From assembly GCA_964470695.1 (NCBI GenBank), contig CAYYDR010000001.1, positions 139,405 to 203,404 of the forward strand: 64,000 nucleotides of DNA. The letters are read 5' to 3'. The notes beneath the pieces were generated by a model, which saw only the letters and a list, made by a program, of their open reading frames with translations, was not told the DNA's origin and did not search any database. Position 1 is the first letter of the stretch; each line of letters begins with the position of its first letter. Position numbers and translations under genes: made by a program. Origin of the DNA: an uncultured Gammaproteobacteria bacterium. GTDB taxonomy: Bacteria; Patescibacteriota; Patescibacteriia; Patescibacteriales; UBA12465. Below are positions 29,501 to 38,390 of the stretch, one piece after another.

Positions 29501-32500
29501 AGCTAACCATTTTAATTCCGCGGCGGCCGAGAATATTATCCCTAGCAAAGCTACGGTCTGCAGCGCGGTTGCCGCTGGCTGTAATGAATTTACTAATTTA
29601 GATTCTTTAGCTGCTGGAGGAGAGAGAAAAGAATACTATACCAGCCTTAAACATTGTATTAAGCCCGATGCTGCCAGCTGCGCTAGTTTTTATGCCTGGG
29701 AGGGGACTGCTAATGGCTATCAACTTAAATCTTATAACTTGAAAAAAGCGAGTGATGGAACGCCGGAAGTTACTTCAAACGACAGTCTTTTATGTAATGC
29801 CGCCATTTATAATCTTCCCCTTAGCGACCCGGCCTATAATGCTGATTGCCGGGAATTTTATAATGCCGCTGGTAAAGTTTCTTACCACTTGGCGGCCCGA
29901 ACCATAACCTGCTCTGATAATTGCCATGCTTATAGAATGACGGAAAAAAATATTGATAAGAGCTTGAGCCAGATTCAATGTCTCGGATCGGACAAGTACT
30001 GGGATATTAGCAGCAACTCTTGCAATGTTTGTTTGAATGGCGGGGTCTGGGATGGTGTCCATAAGGCCTGCGTTTATCAGGCTATCCCCGGAGAAGGACA
30101 GACCTGCCAGGCGAGCGCTAACGGTTGTCGGGAGTATAACGGTAATAGTGGCAGCAATGTTAGATTAGTTTCTTCTTATGACTTTGAGAGTGGTTTAGGC
30201 AATTGGTATTCTAATTGTCAGGGGGCGATTGTTCCTAGCTCAGTCGCTAATAGTAATAATGGCCATTCTTTACAATATAAAAATAATATCAGCTGTTCTA
30301 ATCCAATTGGTTTTAAGGCGAACGCGGCGGTTACTCGCCGTCCCTTGATTGAACGGGTATTAGCTGGTGACCAGACCGCTGCCCAATTAGACGCTACTAG
30401 ATTAGTGCGTCAAGGATCCGCCTACAGTTTAAAATTCTTAGCACGTTCCGAGAGCAATGTTGATTTAAATATCTATTTTATTAATGACGGAACCACGAAA
30501 GAAAAGGCCCAGTTTAGCGCGGTTACTATTAAGGGGGGTAATGATTGGAATTTATATCAGGCTAATTTAGATAATCTAGATCATTCCATCGGTCAGCTAG
30601 AGACTTTGGCTATTAGTGGTAACGGCGACTTCTTCTTAGATGATATCGTTATATCGGAAATTACTGATCGTTACTATTTAATTAAGGGATCAAGTCTTAT
30701 TCCCGATGTTTGTTATTATGATACTTTTGATAGGTATCAGGGAGCAGATTATAATTTAGGTTGCTCGCAATATTCGGACAGAAGTGGTAATAAGCATAAT
30801 TTGCATAAATTTACTAAGCTTTGTTCTGAATCGGCTGTCGGCTGCGAGCAGATGATAGATACTAAGAACTTTGGCCCCTACGGCCCAGGTTTCTGGGAAA
30901 ATGGCATCGCTACCAGTACTTGTAATATTAATGACGCTAATTGTACCTCGGTCGCTGGTGATAGCGCTATTTATGCGGTTTATGATCAGGGTAAGCAGTG
31001 CACGGTTTCTAGCCAGGGCTGCAGCCGTTTAGGGCAAGGGCAGGGCGGCGCTAATTTAACTGGTTGGTCCGATGTCTTTAAGAATAATAATCCTGATCAG
31101 TATGATAATATCCTTTGCTCCAAAGATAATATTGGCTGTGAAGAATGGAAAAATAATGACGACGGAAGCTTAAACTATTTCAAGAATCCCGGTATCGCCG
31201 TTTGCTCTTATCGGGCCGGCCGAGATGCCGGATCATCAGGAAAATCCTGGTATCGCGCTCCGGTTAAGCGTTGCGATTTGAATGGCGATGGCGATATTAA
31301 AAATAAGGATATTTATATTGAACAGACCGGGCCAGTTTGTCTAAATGATAAAGATTGCGGAACTGGCAAAAAATGTTTAGTAGATAATAATGACTATCCT
31401 TGCTCCTTCTCTTATTATAAAACCATTGGTTTAGGCGGAGCGGGGAATCAGGTTCAGACTCCTGACAAAGAAGTCGGCTTGTGCGAAGCTAGTGCTTCCG
31501 GATGCACAGAATATATTGACCCAGTCAGCCGGTTCGCTTCTAATTTAGTCAGCAACCCTGATTTTAGGGTAATAAATAATAAGGTTGAAAGCTGGAGTGG
31601 TTCATCAACCGATTGGGGGGTCCTATCGCCTACCCAGCAAGTTATTAATATTAAGCCTAATAAGCTTTATAGCTTAATGACTAAGAAGAGTACTAAAACG
31701 CCAGTTTCCTTAGGCGGAGTGGTTTTAGATTTTAAGAATTTTGTTAAACCGCTTTTATCAGATAATACTTTAGCTACTTCAACCAGACGACTTAATTTAG
31801 TGGCCTCTACTACGCCTGATCAACCGGTTATCTTTAATTCTTTGCATAATGATACAATCCTCTTAACCGGTGGCAGCGATCTCAAGACAATTGAGATAAA
31901 AGAATTAGTTATTGGTTATAAGTTGCAGCCTAATATTGATAAGAAGAGCTGTAACGGCGTAACAAAATTTGATAATGGCTGTATCTTATTTAATGAACGT
32001 AGCGTAAGCGGCGCCTCTGGCCTAGCTAGTTTAAAGAAGGGCGGCTATGATGCTTTTGCTAGTGTAGATGGCAATTCGCCTACGCCTTGTAGTCCAGATG
32101 TAAATGGATCATGTACGGCTAATGCTTTAATTAAAGTACGTCCGGACCGTATTTGTTCTCAGTGGCTTGATTGTGTTACTTATACCCAAGATAAAGATAC
32201 TAAGCAAAGAATTTGCTATGCCTTAGGCCAGTGCGATCGCCTAGATGACGCTGGCGACTGCGCTAATTTTGTCGGCCGTAGCGCTACCAGCACTACTCAG
32301 TTCAGCCTAGAATCTAATAAAAATTCTAGCGGCTACTCTTTGCTCAATAAATATGACTTAAGTCAGATGAAAGAAGTTGGCCTTAATTCGGAAGCTCATT
32401 TTGACTTTGAAGATAGCGTCCCGGCGCTAAGCTGTGAAAGAAGCATAGATTATACTAACCCCGCTTCGCTGGAATGTACTTTTGATAAGGATATTACTAA

Positions 32501-35063
32501 AGATAGCTTAGTGCGCGGCCCGGAAAAAGCCCCGACCGATTATCCTGCTCATGGCCGCACCTATTTGAAAGTGCCGGCTACCTATCAGATGTCTCCGCAA
32601 GGCAAGGGTAATTATATTACTTTAGAATTGCCTAGGACCGGAGCAACCACTGCCGCTTATTATATTAATTATTTGATCAATACCAGAACTTCAGGTCTTC
32701 AGTCTAAGGTGGTTATTTGGGATGTTAACGGTAATAGGGTTTTGAATTCCTTCCTTCATACTGGTAATAATGGCTGGACTAGAGTCGTTGATAAATTTTA
32801 TATAAATTCTAATAATAATAGAATTAAGATTTATCTGACTTCCGACGCTTCAGCCGCTAATCCTAAGGAAGCTGGTTTTGTTTATTTTGACGATATAAAT
32901 ATTGAGCCGGTTTTAGAGACCGGGCCAATGCAGTATTCGGCTCGTGAATGTCGCCTTTATCCGACAACAGACGCTCTAACCTGCTTAAATAATAGCAGTA
33001 ATACTATTACCGATGGTTTAGAAGGTTATTGCTTGGAGCACGATCCATTCAATGCTAACATCTGTCAGCTTTGGTATCCAGTTGATAAAATTTCATCGTC
33101 CAAAGGATTTGACACAGCTTTAGGCTATAAGAGTAAATTTCCTTTGAACTATTGTACAGAAGCGAGTGGAAATTTTGATTTTGTGGAGAAGAGGATGGCC
33201 TTTAAGTGGGCGGATAATAAGTCCGAACCACTGTCTTTGTCTGGCGGCATTCAGGTTGATAAATTACCTATTAAAACTTGGACTGAAGACGTCGCTTCCA
33301 GTACTTCCCAGAATCAGCCGACTAGGTATGAATTGGTTGATTATCAATGGGTAGCCTGTAACGCGACCACCCCTGCCTATGCCGTTCCTCATCCAGGCGG
33401 ACATACCACTGAAGTTGCTTCCAGTACTCATTTGACGGTACCGATTGGCACTGATGAGTGGAGCTATACCGCGACATCCGATACTCACTGCTGGGTGTCA
33501 GGATATCGTCAGCAAGTTATCTTAGGCGTAACTCATTACTATCAAGATTGGACCTGTGAGACTAGAGAATATAAGCAGGATTGGGCCTGTGTTGCCAATA
33601 CCCACCAGGGCTGCTTTAAATATGTTAATAGTAGTATCTGCGAGAATAGTGCTAATAATGCGTCTTTAGGCGGCGTAATGGTCGGGGGCAATAATAATGG
33701 TAATTATGATTTATATGTTAGTCATAAGCATGGTGACGGGCCGGTATATACTAAATACATGTGCGTCCCTAACGCTGACAAATTAACGGTTATCACTGCT
33801 ACCAAGATTATGGATGCTGAAGAAATGGAAAGGTGTGACAGCCAGTCATATTCGGAGGGCTGGGGCAGATATGATGCTTTTTTGAGAAGGGATCATGCTA
33901 ATTGTGATCACCCAGGGTGCATTAACTATGATGAAAAAGATAATGTGCAGTTCGGTTCCGCTATTAGAGTCCAGGACTATAATGAGCTGGCGACCAGCGA
34001 AGATAATTTGAAGCTCGTGTCAGACAGAATGTCTGATGACGTCTTCCGCTTAACCTGTAATAAATTTGTAGAGACGGTAGAAGCTAGTGGTGAAAATAAA
34101 GCTTGGGCCTGGCGCACCGGGAAGAGTGCTAGCTCCACTTTAGAGACGCCAGTCTTCTTCCAGTATAATCCGCCCGCGCCTCTTTCTAATCCTTTCCTTC
34201 AGAAATATGGCCGTAATCGCGATGCCGCCCCCTTTGGCGCCGCTACTTGGTCTGAGGACTATGATTTGTTGAGCAGCAATCGTATTAATTTCCGCGACCG
34301 ATATTCTAAGGCGGAAAGACAGGAAGTTTTTGCAGGCAGGCCATATGGCTGCGCTGGTGGAGTTGATGATAATGGCAATCCTGTTAACAGCTGCTCCTCT
34401 TTAGGCTATTGCAGCAATGATCCTAATATCTATTGTCTCTATAGTCCTATTCAAGAGGCGCAATTAGCCGTTAATAATACTCGTGATACAAATGTGCTAG
34501 ATATTTCTAGAAGTACCTGCGAAGGTTTAAATAGTAAGTGTATGCCTCTTTGGACTACACCGCCAGACTATAAGAATATCTTGAAAAATGTTTTCTTAAA
34601 GTCATATAACGCTTATTCATTCGGCGGCACTGGACAGGGCTATTTACCAATTAATGATTCTCTTAATTCCTCCGGTATCAATGCGATTGGCAGTTGTGGC
34701 GGTAGTCGCCCCAATGATTCTACCAGTGCTTCTTTCTGTGCGGTTTTCCCAACCGTCAGCAACCCTAAGTTATGCCGAGGAGAATCAACTAAACCAGAAG
34801 ATTGCCCAGCTGATTTCCGCTATAAGAAAGGAATATATAGATTACAGTTTAATAGCTCGGTTGATCCAGAACAGCAGCCGCTTCGCCGTATTTATATTGA
34901 CTGGGGCGACGGGACTAATCAGGTTGTGACTGATCAGGACCAGCATCCTAGTACTAGTAACCCTCATGTTTTCTATCATTACTATAATCAGGATAGTACT
35001 ACTCAAAAACCATCAATTAGAATTTTTGATAATTGGGAGAGATATGGAACCTGGGAGCCCTAA
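26598..35063 (+). CDS. Giant (2821 aa) secreted/surface Cys-rich protein with repeated beta-sandwich-like modules and a PKD-like C-terminus
   Basis: An uninterrupted 8.4-kb ORF. It has a signal/anchor (LGGLLLTLCFVIVLLAPFRPAQAQ), dozens of Cys and a recurring C-x5-GC-x2-aromatic motif. Its C-terminal YIDWGDGT...HVFYHYY resembles a PKD domain. It starts 1 nt after the upstream gene. Confidence 0.85.
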   Translation: MSYFLFSKKGGQPKTPSRLGGLLLTLCFVIVLLAPFRPAQAQLGGVVTDIGNTIVNTASYIWDKASDVASYLWQKGGSIAFQRTLASALNKIAYDAANYIGSGGKGQNPLFVTQNLGDYLAQIGDEAAGQYIETFVNNLNTDTNEGCSARLQSCREDCLKTQSGGVEDDATRLTLCNTDCDKGATACVAQNPGNGAVTPSFNVCSPSSLEAKVKIGLGLVDQNRPQAPNCTASKMIKDWGDDIQKKIDSFKDPEYLTTFANIFDPRSNDLGIYFMAQSDMSSQANIKKEITGSDFVRTGGWLDVRNIAGELEGVPGEAQRAANTASQARQEALGKTTGDILVDAANVFLNQLYISAFDNLLRSLAKKSGGANNSSNSAAGNREGDPKVLYGESALREVTNALLQPKFAVRADYDILSELSMCQNPKSPGPNDCVIDDKFRQAISEKKTVAEAIKDGYLHGDWQLTTDNNQSNYSLRNISVLRKYRILPVGWEQAVSKSQAQGRRVTLKDLVSCFDYNDDYSDFSSGFDQTDQGWCQGLVDPNWVLKAPLNYCKKEGISSQIISSNIIPGIKGQNGVADVLSSLNVIRAENYCADNQTCIKEKDDGSCEAYGYCNEEKRTWDFGSDSCAPINNTCQSFTSSTGQSVSYLENTLDYAQCNADNSGCRRYSLSGAYATSTGVTTWDGVRSLYLNKNLSDCDNKEEGCTGLLRVKPAWGANLIMNANFNNDLVGDVNQGNTLNDWPLVNSQASIVDGQDPIVRMDKAMKLVFSNGGGLYSSNTQSLLPANFQVITGQAYTLSADVYLVAGDSVTIAMGPEADGFKKVMTDKNGWQTLSVTRQASSSYNEPRFSIIGSIASGTGTFYVKNIKFEMGDWGTGYTPYGSFRFYEKLLPSYLEKTCYVDSSSASKNYSLKADAPAVCSNYARRCNKDEVDCESYQSTKDNFVVPAKVISSDYCPGECLGYDVYISKANHFNSAAAENIIPSKATVCSAVAAGCNEFTNLDSLAAGGERKEYYTSLKHCIKPDAASCASFYAWEGTANGYQLKSYNLKKASDGTPEVTSNDSLLCNAAIYNLPLSDPAYNADCREFYNAAGKVSYHLAARTITCSDNCHAYRMTEKNIDKSLSQIQCLGSDKYWDISSNSCNVCLNGGVWDGVHKACVYQAIPGEGQTCQASANGCREYNGNSGSNVRLVSSYDFESGLGNWYSNCQGAIVPSSVANSNNGHSLQYKNNISCSNPIGFKANAAVTRRPLIERVLAGDQTAAQLDATRLVRQGSAYSLKFLARSESNVDLNIYFINDGTTKEKAQFSAVTIKGGNDWNLYQANLDNLDHSIGQLETLAISGNGDFFLDDIVISEITDRYYLIKGSSLIPDVCYYDTFDRYQGADYNLGCSQYSDRSGNKHNLHKFTKLCSESAVGCEQMIDTKNFGPYGPGFWENGIATSTCNINDANCTSVAGDSAIYAVYDQGKQCTVSSQGCSRLGQGQGGANLTGWSDVFKNNNPDQYDNILCSKDNIGCEEWKNNDDGSLNYFKNPGIAVCSYRAGRDAGSSGKSWYRAPVKRCDLNGDGDIKNKDIYIEQTGPVCLNDKDCGTGKKCLVDNNDYPCSFSYYKTIGLGGAGNQVQTPDKEVGLCEASASGCTEYIDPVSRFASNLVSNPDFRVINNKVESWSGSSTDWGVLSPTQQVINIKPNKLYSLMTKKSTKTPVSLGGVVLDFKNFVKPLLSDNTLATSTRRLNLVASTTPDQPVIFNSLHNDTILLTGGSDLKTIEIKELVIGYKLQPNIDKKSCNGVTKFDNGCILFNERSVSGASGLASLKKGGYDAFASVDGNSPTPCSPDVNGSCTANALIKVRPDRICSQWLDCVTYTQDKDTKQRICYALGQCDRLDDAGDCANFVGRSATSTTQFSLESNKNSSGYSLLNKYDLSQMKEVGLNSEAHFDFEDSVPALSCERSIDYTNPASLECTFDKDITKDSLVRGPEKAPTDYPAHGRTYLKVPATYQMSPQGKGNYITLELPRTGATTAAYYINYLINTRTSGLQSKVVIWDVNGNRVLNSFLHTGNNGWTRVVDKFYINSNNNRIKIYLTSDASAANPKEAGFVYFDDINIEPVLETGPMQYSARECRLYPTTDALTCLNNSSNTITDGLEGYCLEHDPFNANICQLWYPVDKISSSKGFDTALGYKSKFPLNYCTEASGNFDFVEKRMAFKWADNKSEPLSLSGGIQVDKLPIKTWTEDVASSTSQNQPTRYELVDYQWVACNATTPAYAVPHPGGHTTEVASSTHLTVPIGTDEWSYTATSDTHCWVSGYRQQVILGVTHYYQDWTCETREYKQDWACVANTHQGCFKYVNSSICENSANNASLGGVMVGGNNNGNYDLYVSHKHGDGPVYTKYMCVPNADKLTVITATKIMDAEEMERCDSQSYSEGWGRYDAFLRRDHANCDHPGCINYDEKDNVQFGSAIRVQDYNELATSEDNLKLVSDRMSDDVFRLTCNKFVETVEASGENKAWAWRTGKSASSTLETPVFFQYNPPAPLSNPFLQKYGRNRDAAPFGAATWSEDYDLLSSNRINFRDRYSKAERQEVFAGRPYGCAGGVDDNGNPVNSCSSLGYCSNDPNIYCLYSPIQEAQLAVNNTRDTNVLDISRSTCEGLNSKCMPLWTTPPDYKNILKNVFLKSYNAYSFGGTGQGYLPINDSLNSSGINAIGSCGGSRPNDSTSASFCAVFPTVSNPKLCRGESTKPEDCPADFRYKKGIYRLQFNSSVDPEQQPLRRIYIDWGDGTNQVVTDQDQHPSTSNPHVFYHYYNQDSTTQKPSIRIFDNWERYGTWEP

Positions 35064-35100
35064 TAGACCTTTGTCCTAGTTCTGTTGTATAATTTAAGAT

Positions 35101-35727
35101 ATGAATCTTGACGAACAGTTATTAAAAGAACAATCAGCTGAGCGATCAGGAAGTTTACGTGAGGAACAGCGGAGTTCTAAAGGTGAAGCCGTTAATAATG
35201 AAATATATAATGAGGAGGCGCCCAGTTTGAGGCAAATAGTCCAAGCGGTTAAGAGAGAAAGAGCGGCCCAAGAGGAAAAGGAGGGTAGCGCTAGCAATAA
35301 AGCGGCCACCGCCGTTACCGCTCCGATTAAGCAGAGTACTTCTAAATTATTGCAGCAGGCCTGGTTGAATTTAATAGATAGTTTTGGTCTGACCTTAATT
35401 TGGATAAATTTACATGTTTTTTTGAAACAAATATTTGGGGAAAAGTTTTTTTGCAAGTTAGGCGAAGAGTGGTTTCCTAATACCCCAGCGATTTCCCCTG
35501 GTTCGGGCGGAGCATCTGAAATTGCTAATTCTGAAGTTGGTAAAAAAGCTACCAAATCAGTAGGAACGGTTGAGGTAATGGGGTTAGTCGTCTTAGATTT
35601 AGGCTGTTTGCTTATAATAATAGCGATATTTGTAATTGTTGGCATGATTCTTAAAGTGGTTAATAATCCCCTTGAGACCATTGCGGCTTTACTAGGAGAA
35701 CTTTGGGGAGCGTTGTGGGGAAAATAA
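35101..35727 (+). CDS. Hypothetical membrane protein (charged N-terminus, two C-terminal TM segments)
   Basis: 208 aa. The TM segments are GLTLIWINLHVFL and VMGLVVLDLGCLLIIIAIFVIVGMIL. It is co-directional and tightly spaced with its neighbours, so I prefer it to the mirror ORF on the minus strand. Confidence 0.55.
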   Translation: MNLDEQLLKEQSAERSGSLREEQRSSKGEAVNNEIYNEEAPSLRQIVQAVKRERAAQEEKEGSASNKAATAVTAPIKQSTSKLLQQAWLNLIDSFGLTLIWINLHVFLKQIFGEKFFCKLGEEWFPNTPAISPGSGGASEIANSEVGKKATKSVGTVEVMGLVVLDLGCLLIIIAIFVIVGMILKVVNNPLETIAALLGELWGALWGK

Positions 35728-35747
35728 GACATTGAATATAAAATAAG

Positions 35748-38387
35748 ATGTCCAAGTTAAATTCCAAAAAATTATTATCTCTGTCCCTATCAATAATTTT
35801 GATAGCTGGATTCTTTTTTGTCGCTCCCGCCGCCCGGGCTAGTTTCAGTACTTGGGCAGGGGAATTAGTAGGGGGCATCATCGGAATTCTTATTAGCGCC
35901 TTAGGCTTAATACTAGTTTTAGTTATTCAAGGCTTAGTGCTAGTCGCTTCTTACCAGAATTTTATCGGCTCCCAGGCCGTTGTTTTAGGCTGGGTTATTG
36001 TCCGTGATATCTGTAATATGTTTTTTGTGGTGGTTTTGATGATTATTGCTTTCGGGACTATTTTGCATTTAGAAAATTATAGTTATAAAAAATGGCTGCC
36101 TAAGCTTGTTTTGATGGCCATTTTAATTAATTTTTCTAAGACTATTTGCGGATTGATGATTGATGTGGCTCAGGTCGCCATGTTAACCTTTGTTAATTCC
36201 TTTAAAGATATTGCGGGCGGTAATTTTACGGAAGTATTGGGCATCAGCGCTATTGTGACCATGGCCAAAAATAGTACTGACGCCGGATTTTGGACTATCG
36301 TCGGCGCTTATGTGCTCGGGCTTATCTATTTGATTGTAGCGATTGTAGTCATAGCGACGATGCTGATGATGCTAGTGATGCGACTGGTTATGATTTGGAT
36401 TTATGTTGTTTTGTCTCCGGCCGCTTATCTTTTAGCCGCTTTTCCGGGCGGGCAGAAATATTCTTCTCAATGGTGGGATGAATTTATTAAGAATTTAATT
36501 GTTGGTCCGGTTTTAGCGTTTTTCATTTGGCTGTCTCTAGCCTCTCTACAGGCCGATAACATTATTGCTGATGAGAGGGCTTTAGCTGCCGCTAAGAAAA
36601 AATCAGATGCCGAGAGTGGAAATATTGCCGGAAGTTCAGCGGGCGGAGCTGGTGATCAGACGGAAGGAGTAGCCTTAACCGGCACTGAGGCCTCTACGCC
36701 AGAAGCTTTAATTAAATTCGTTGTTGCTATTGGAATGCTCGTGGGCGGTTTAATGATTTCCCAGCAGATTGGCGGCGCGGCCGGCAAGATAGCGGGCAGC
36801 GGCATGTCAGCTCTTCAAAAGGGTAAGAGTTTGGCTAAGGACGGCATTAAAGGCCTTGGTAAGTTTGCTGGCCGGAGACTGGGCGATGTTAGGGATGTTG
36901 TTAGTGAACATACGGGTGTTGATTTAAATTTGAAAGAGGTTTGGAAACGAAGAAATGAACAATCTGAGGCTAATCGGCAATTGCGTTTAGCCAGAATTAG
37001 AAAGAATACATTGAAGACAGCAGAAGAAGGAAAAACTTGGGTTGGGCGAAAAATGGCTCTAGCTAGTACTGGCGATGTTGCTTGGCAAAATTTGGTTGAT
37101 AAAAAATTTAATATTTTAAAGGCAGGGTCACCAAAGAAGGAAACCGATACTTTAGATAATATTAAAGCAGTTAACGCAAATAAAGAGACTGTCCAGCAAG
37201 ACATAGAAAATCTTAAAGATGAGTCAAGTCGGGTAGTTACAGCCCAGGAAGATGCTCAGAATCAAGCCCTTATTGCTAACCTGCAAACAGCCAACGCTGA
37301 TCTCAGTAGTAAGAAAAATAATATCATTAATAGTCAGGCTTATAGGGATTTAGAAAGAAAGGAAAAAGATTTTACAATTACTGAGAGCGAAGAAAAAGAG
37401 TTGGAAAATAAAAGAAAGCAGGTTGGTAAAATTGACACAAATATCAAAAAGAATAATGAGAGCATGTCGGACTTAGCCAGAAAAGATATTATTAGGCCCG
37501 ATGATACTGCTAAGGCGGCCTTTAAAGCTCAGAAAGATGCTGATATAGCTATAAAAGAAGGGGAAATGAAAAAATTGGATGACGAAATATCAAAATTAAC
37601 AGAGGCCCTGTCAAAAAATAAATTGTCCGAAATACAAACGGCTCGTGCTTCAATTAACGCTAAGTTAGAGGGAGAGGCAAATAAAAAAATTGCTAATATT
37701 AATAGTTCTGATCAATTAGTTAGTATATTTAAAGAGGCAATTGAATCTAAAGATGAGGGTCTTATAGCTGCCTCCTATAAGCGTTTAGCTAAGCAGGGTA
37801 ATTATAACGATATTCATAGAGAATTAGGATTTGGGACCGGCTACGAGGGGATGTTAAAAATGTCAGAGCACCTGCAAAAAGAGGGGGGAATGACTGAACA
37901 AGATTCACGCGCTCTTATATCTGATATTGGAGAGCTGTGTAAATCGGTTAAGCACTATGAGGCTTTTGGTGTCATGTCTATGAATAAAGCCGGTAAATGG
38001 GAGGTTAATAAACCAGAGGAGCAAGAAGCAGCTATTTTTTCTGAGAAGGCAAAAATTCAAGTTCAGCAATATGTTAGAGACGGTAATCGCTTAGCTAATG
38101 GTTCATATTCTAGCGGCAAGCCACATACGGGAGCTAATTGGAATATTAGTCGCTCTTCAATCGCTTTGTTTGCCTCTAAAGACAAGCAATATGCTGAAGA
38201 ATTAATGAAGACCGGTAATGTTAACAGTATCATGTTTATGGCTGAGAATCCGGAAAATCTTAGAAAATTAGAGGCTAATGGCGCTAAAGAGGTGGCGAAA
38301 GTTATTAGAGATATTGCCGATAAAGCTAAATCAAAAGGAGCTAATGTTGCTAATCCTAAAGCTACAATTATGAATGTTATTACATAA
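35748..38387 (+). CDS. VirB6/TrbL-like polytopic membrane protein with a long charged coiled-coil C-terminal tail
   Basis: It has a signal peptide (FFVAPAARASF) and then ~6-7 TM segments over ~270 aa. The remaining ~580 aa form a K/E/Q-rich tail with a heptad-like character. The assignment is by architecture only. Confidence 0.45.
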   Translation: MSKLNSKKLLSLSLSIILIAGFFFVAPAARASFSTWAGELVGGIIGILISALGLILVLVIQGLVLVASYQNFIGSQAVVLGWVIVRDICNMFFVVVLMIIAFGTILHLENYSYKKWLPKLVLMAILINFSKTICGLMIDVAQVAMLTFVNSFKDIAGGNFTEVLGISAIVTMAKNSTDAGFWTIVGAYVLGLIYLIVAIVVIATMLMMLVMRLVMIWIYVVLSPAAYLLAAFPGGQKYSSQWWDEFIKNLIVGPVLAFFIWLSLASLQADNIIADERALAAAKKKSDAESGNIAGSSAGGAGDQTEGVALTGTEASTPEALIKFVVAIGMLVGGLMISQQIGGAAGKIAGSGMSALQKGKSLAKDGIKGLGKFAGRRLGDVRDVVSEHTGVDLNLKEVWKRRNEQSEANRQLRLARIRKNTLKTAEEGKTWVGRKMALASTGDVAWQNLVDKKFNILKAGSPKKETDTLDNIKAVNANKETVQQDIENLKDESSRVVTAQEDAQNQALIANLQTANADLSSKKNNIINSQAYRDLERKEKDFTITESEEKELENKRKQVGKIDTNIKKNNESMSDLARKDIIRPDDTAKAAFKAQKDADIAIKEGEMKKLDDEISKLTEALSKNKLSEIQTARASINAKLEGEANKKIANINSSDQLVSIFKEAIESKDEGLIAASYKRLAKQGNYNDIHRELGFGTGYEGMLKMSEHLQKEGGMTEQDSRALISDIGELCKSVKHYEAFGVMSMNKAGKWEVNKPEEQEAAIFSEKAKIQVQQYVRDGNRLANGSYSSGKPHTGANWNISRSSIALFASKDKQYAEELMKTGNVNSIMFMAENPENLRKLEANGAKEVAKVIRDIADKAKSKGANVANPKATIMNVIT

Positions 38388-38390
38388 AAT

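Noticed and set aside
35094-35732. A 212-aa minus-strand ORF that mirrors the 208-aa plus-strand ORF almost end to end
   Set aside because: A stop-free antisense frame across 639 nt is striking. However, the plus-strand product has a sensible architecture (charged head, two clean TM helices) and fits the co-directional, tightly spaced operon. The minus product is Ser/Pro/Thr/Leu-rich with no start context. I treat it as a shadow ORF. Only expression data could overturn this.
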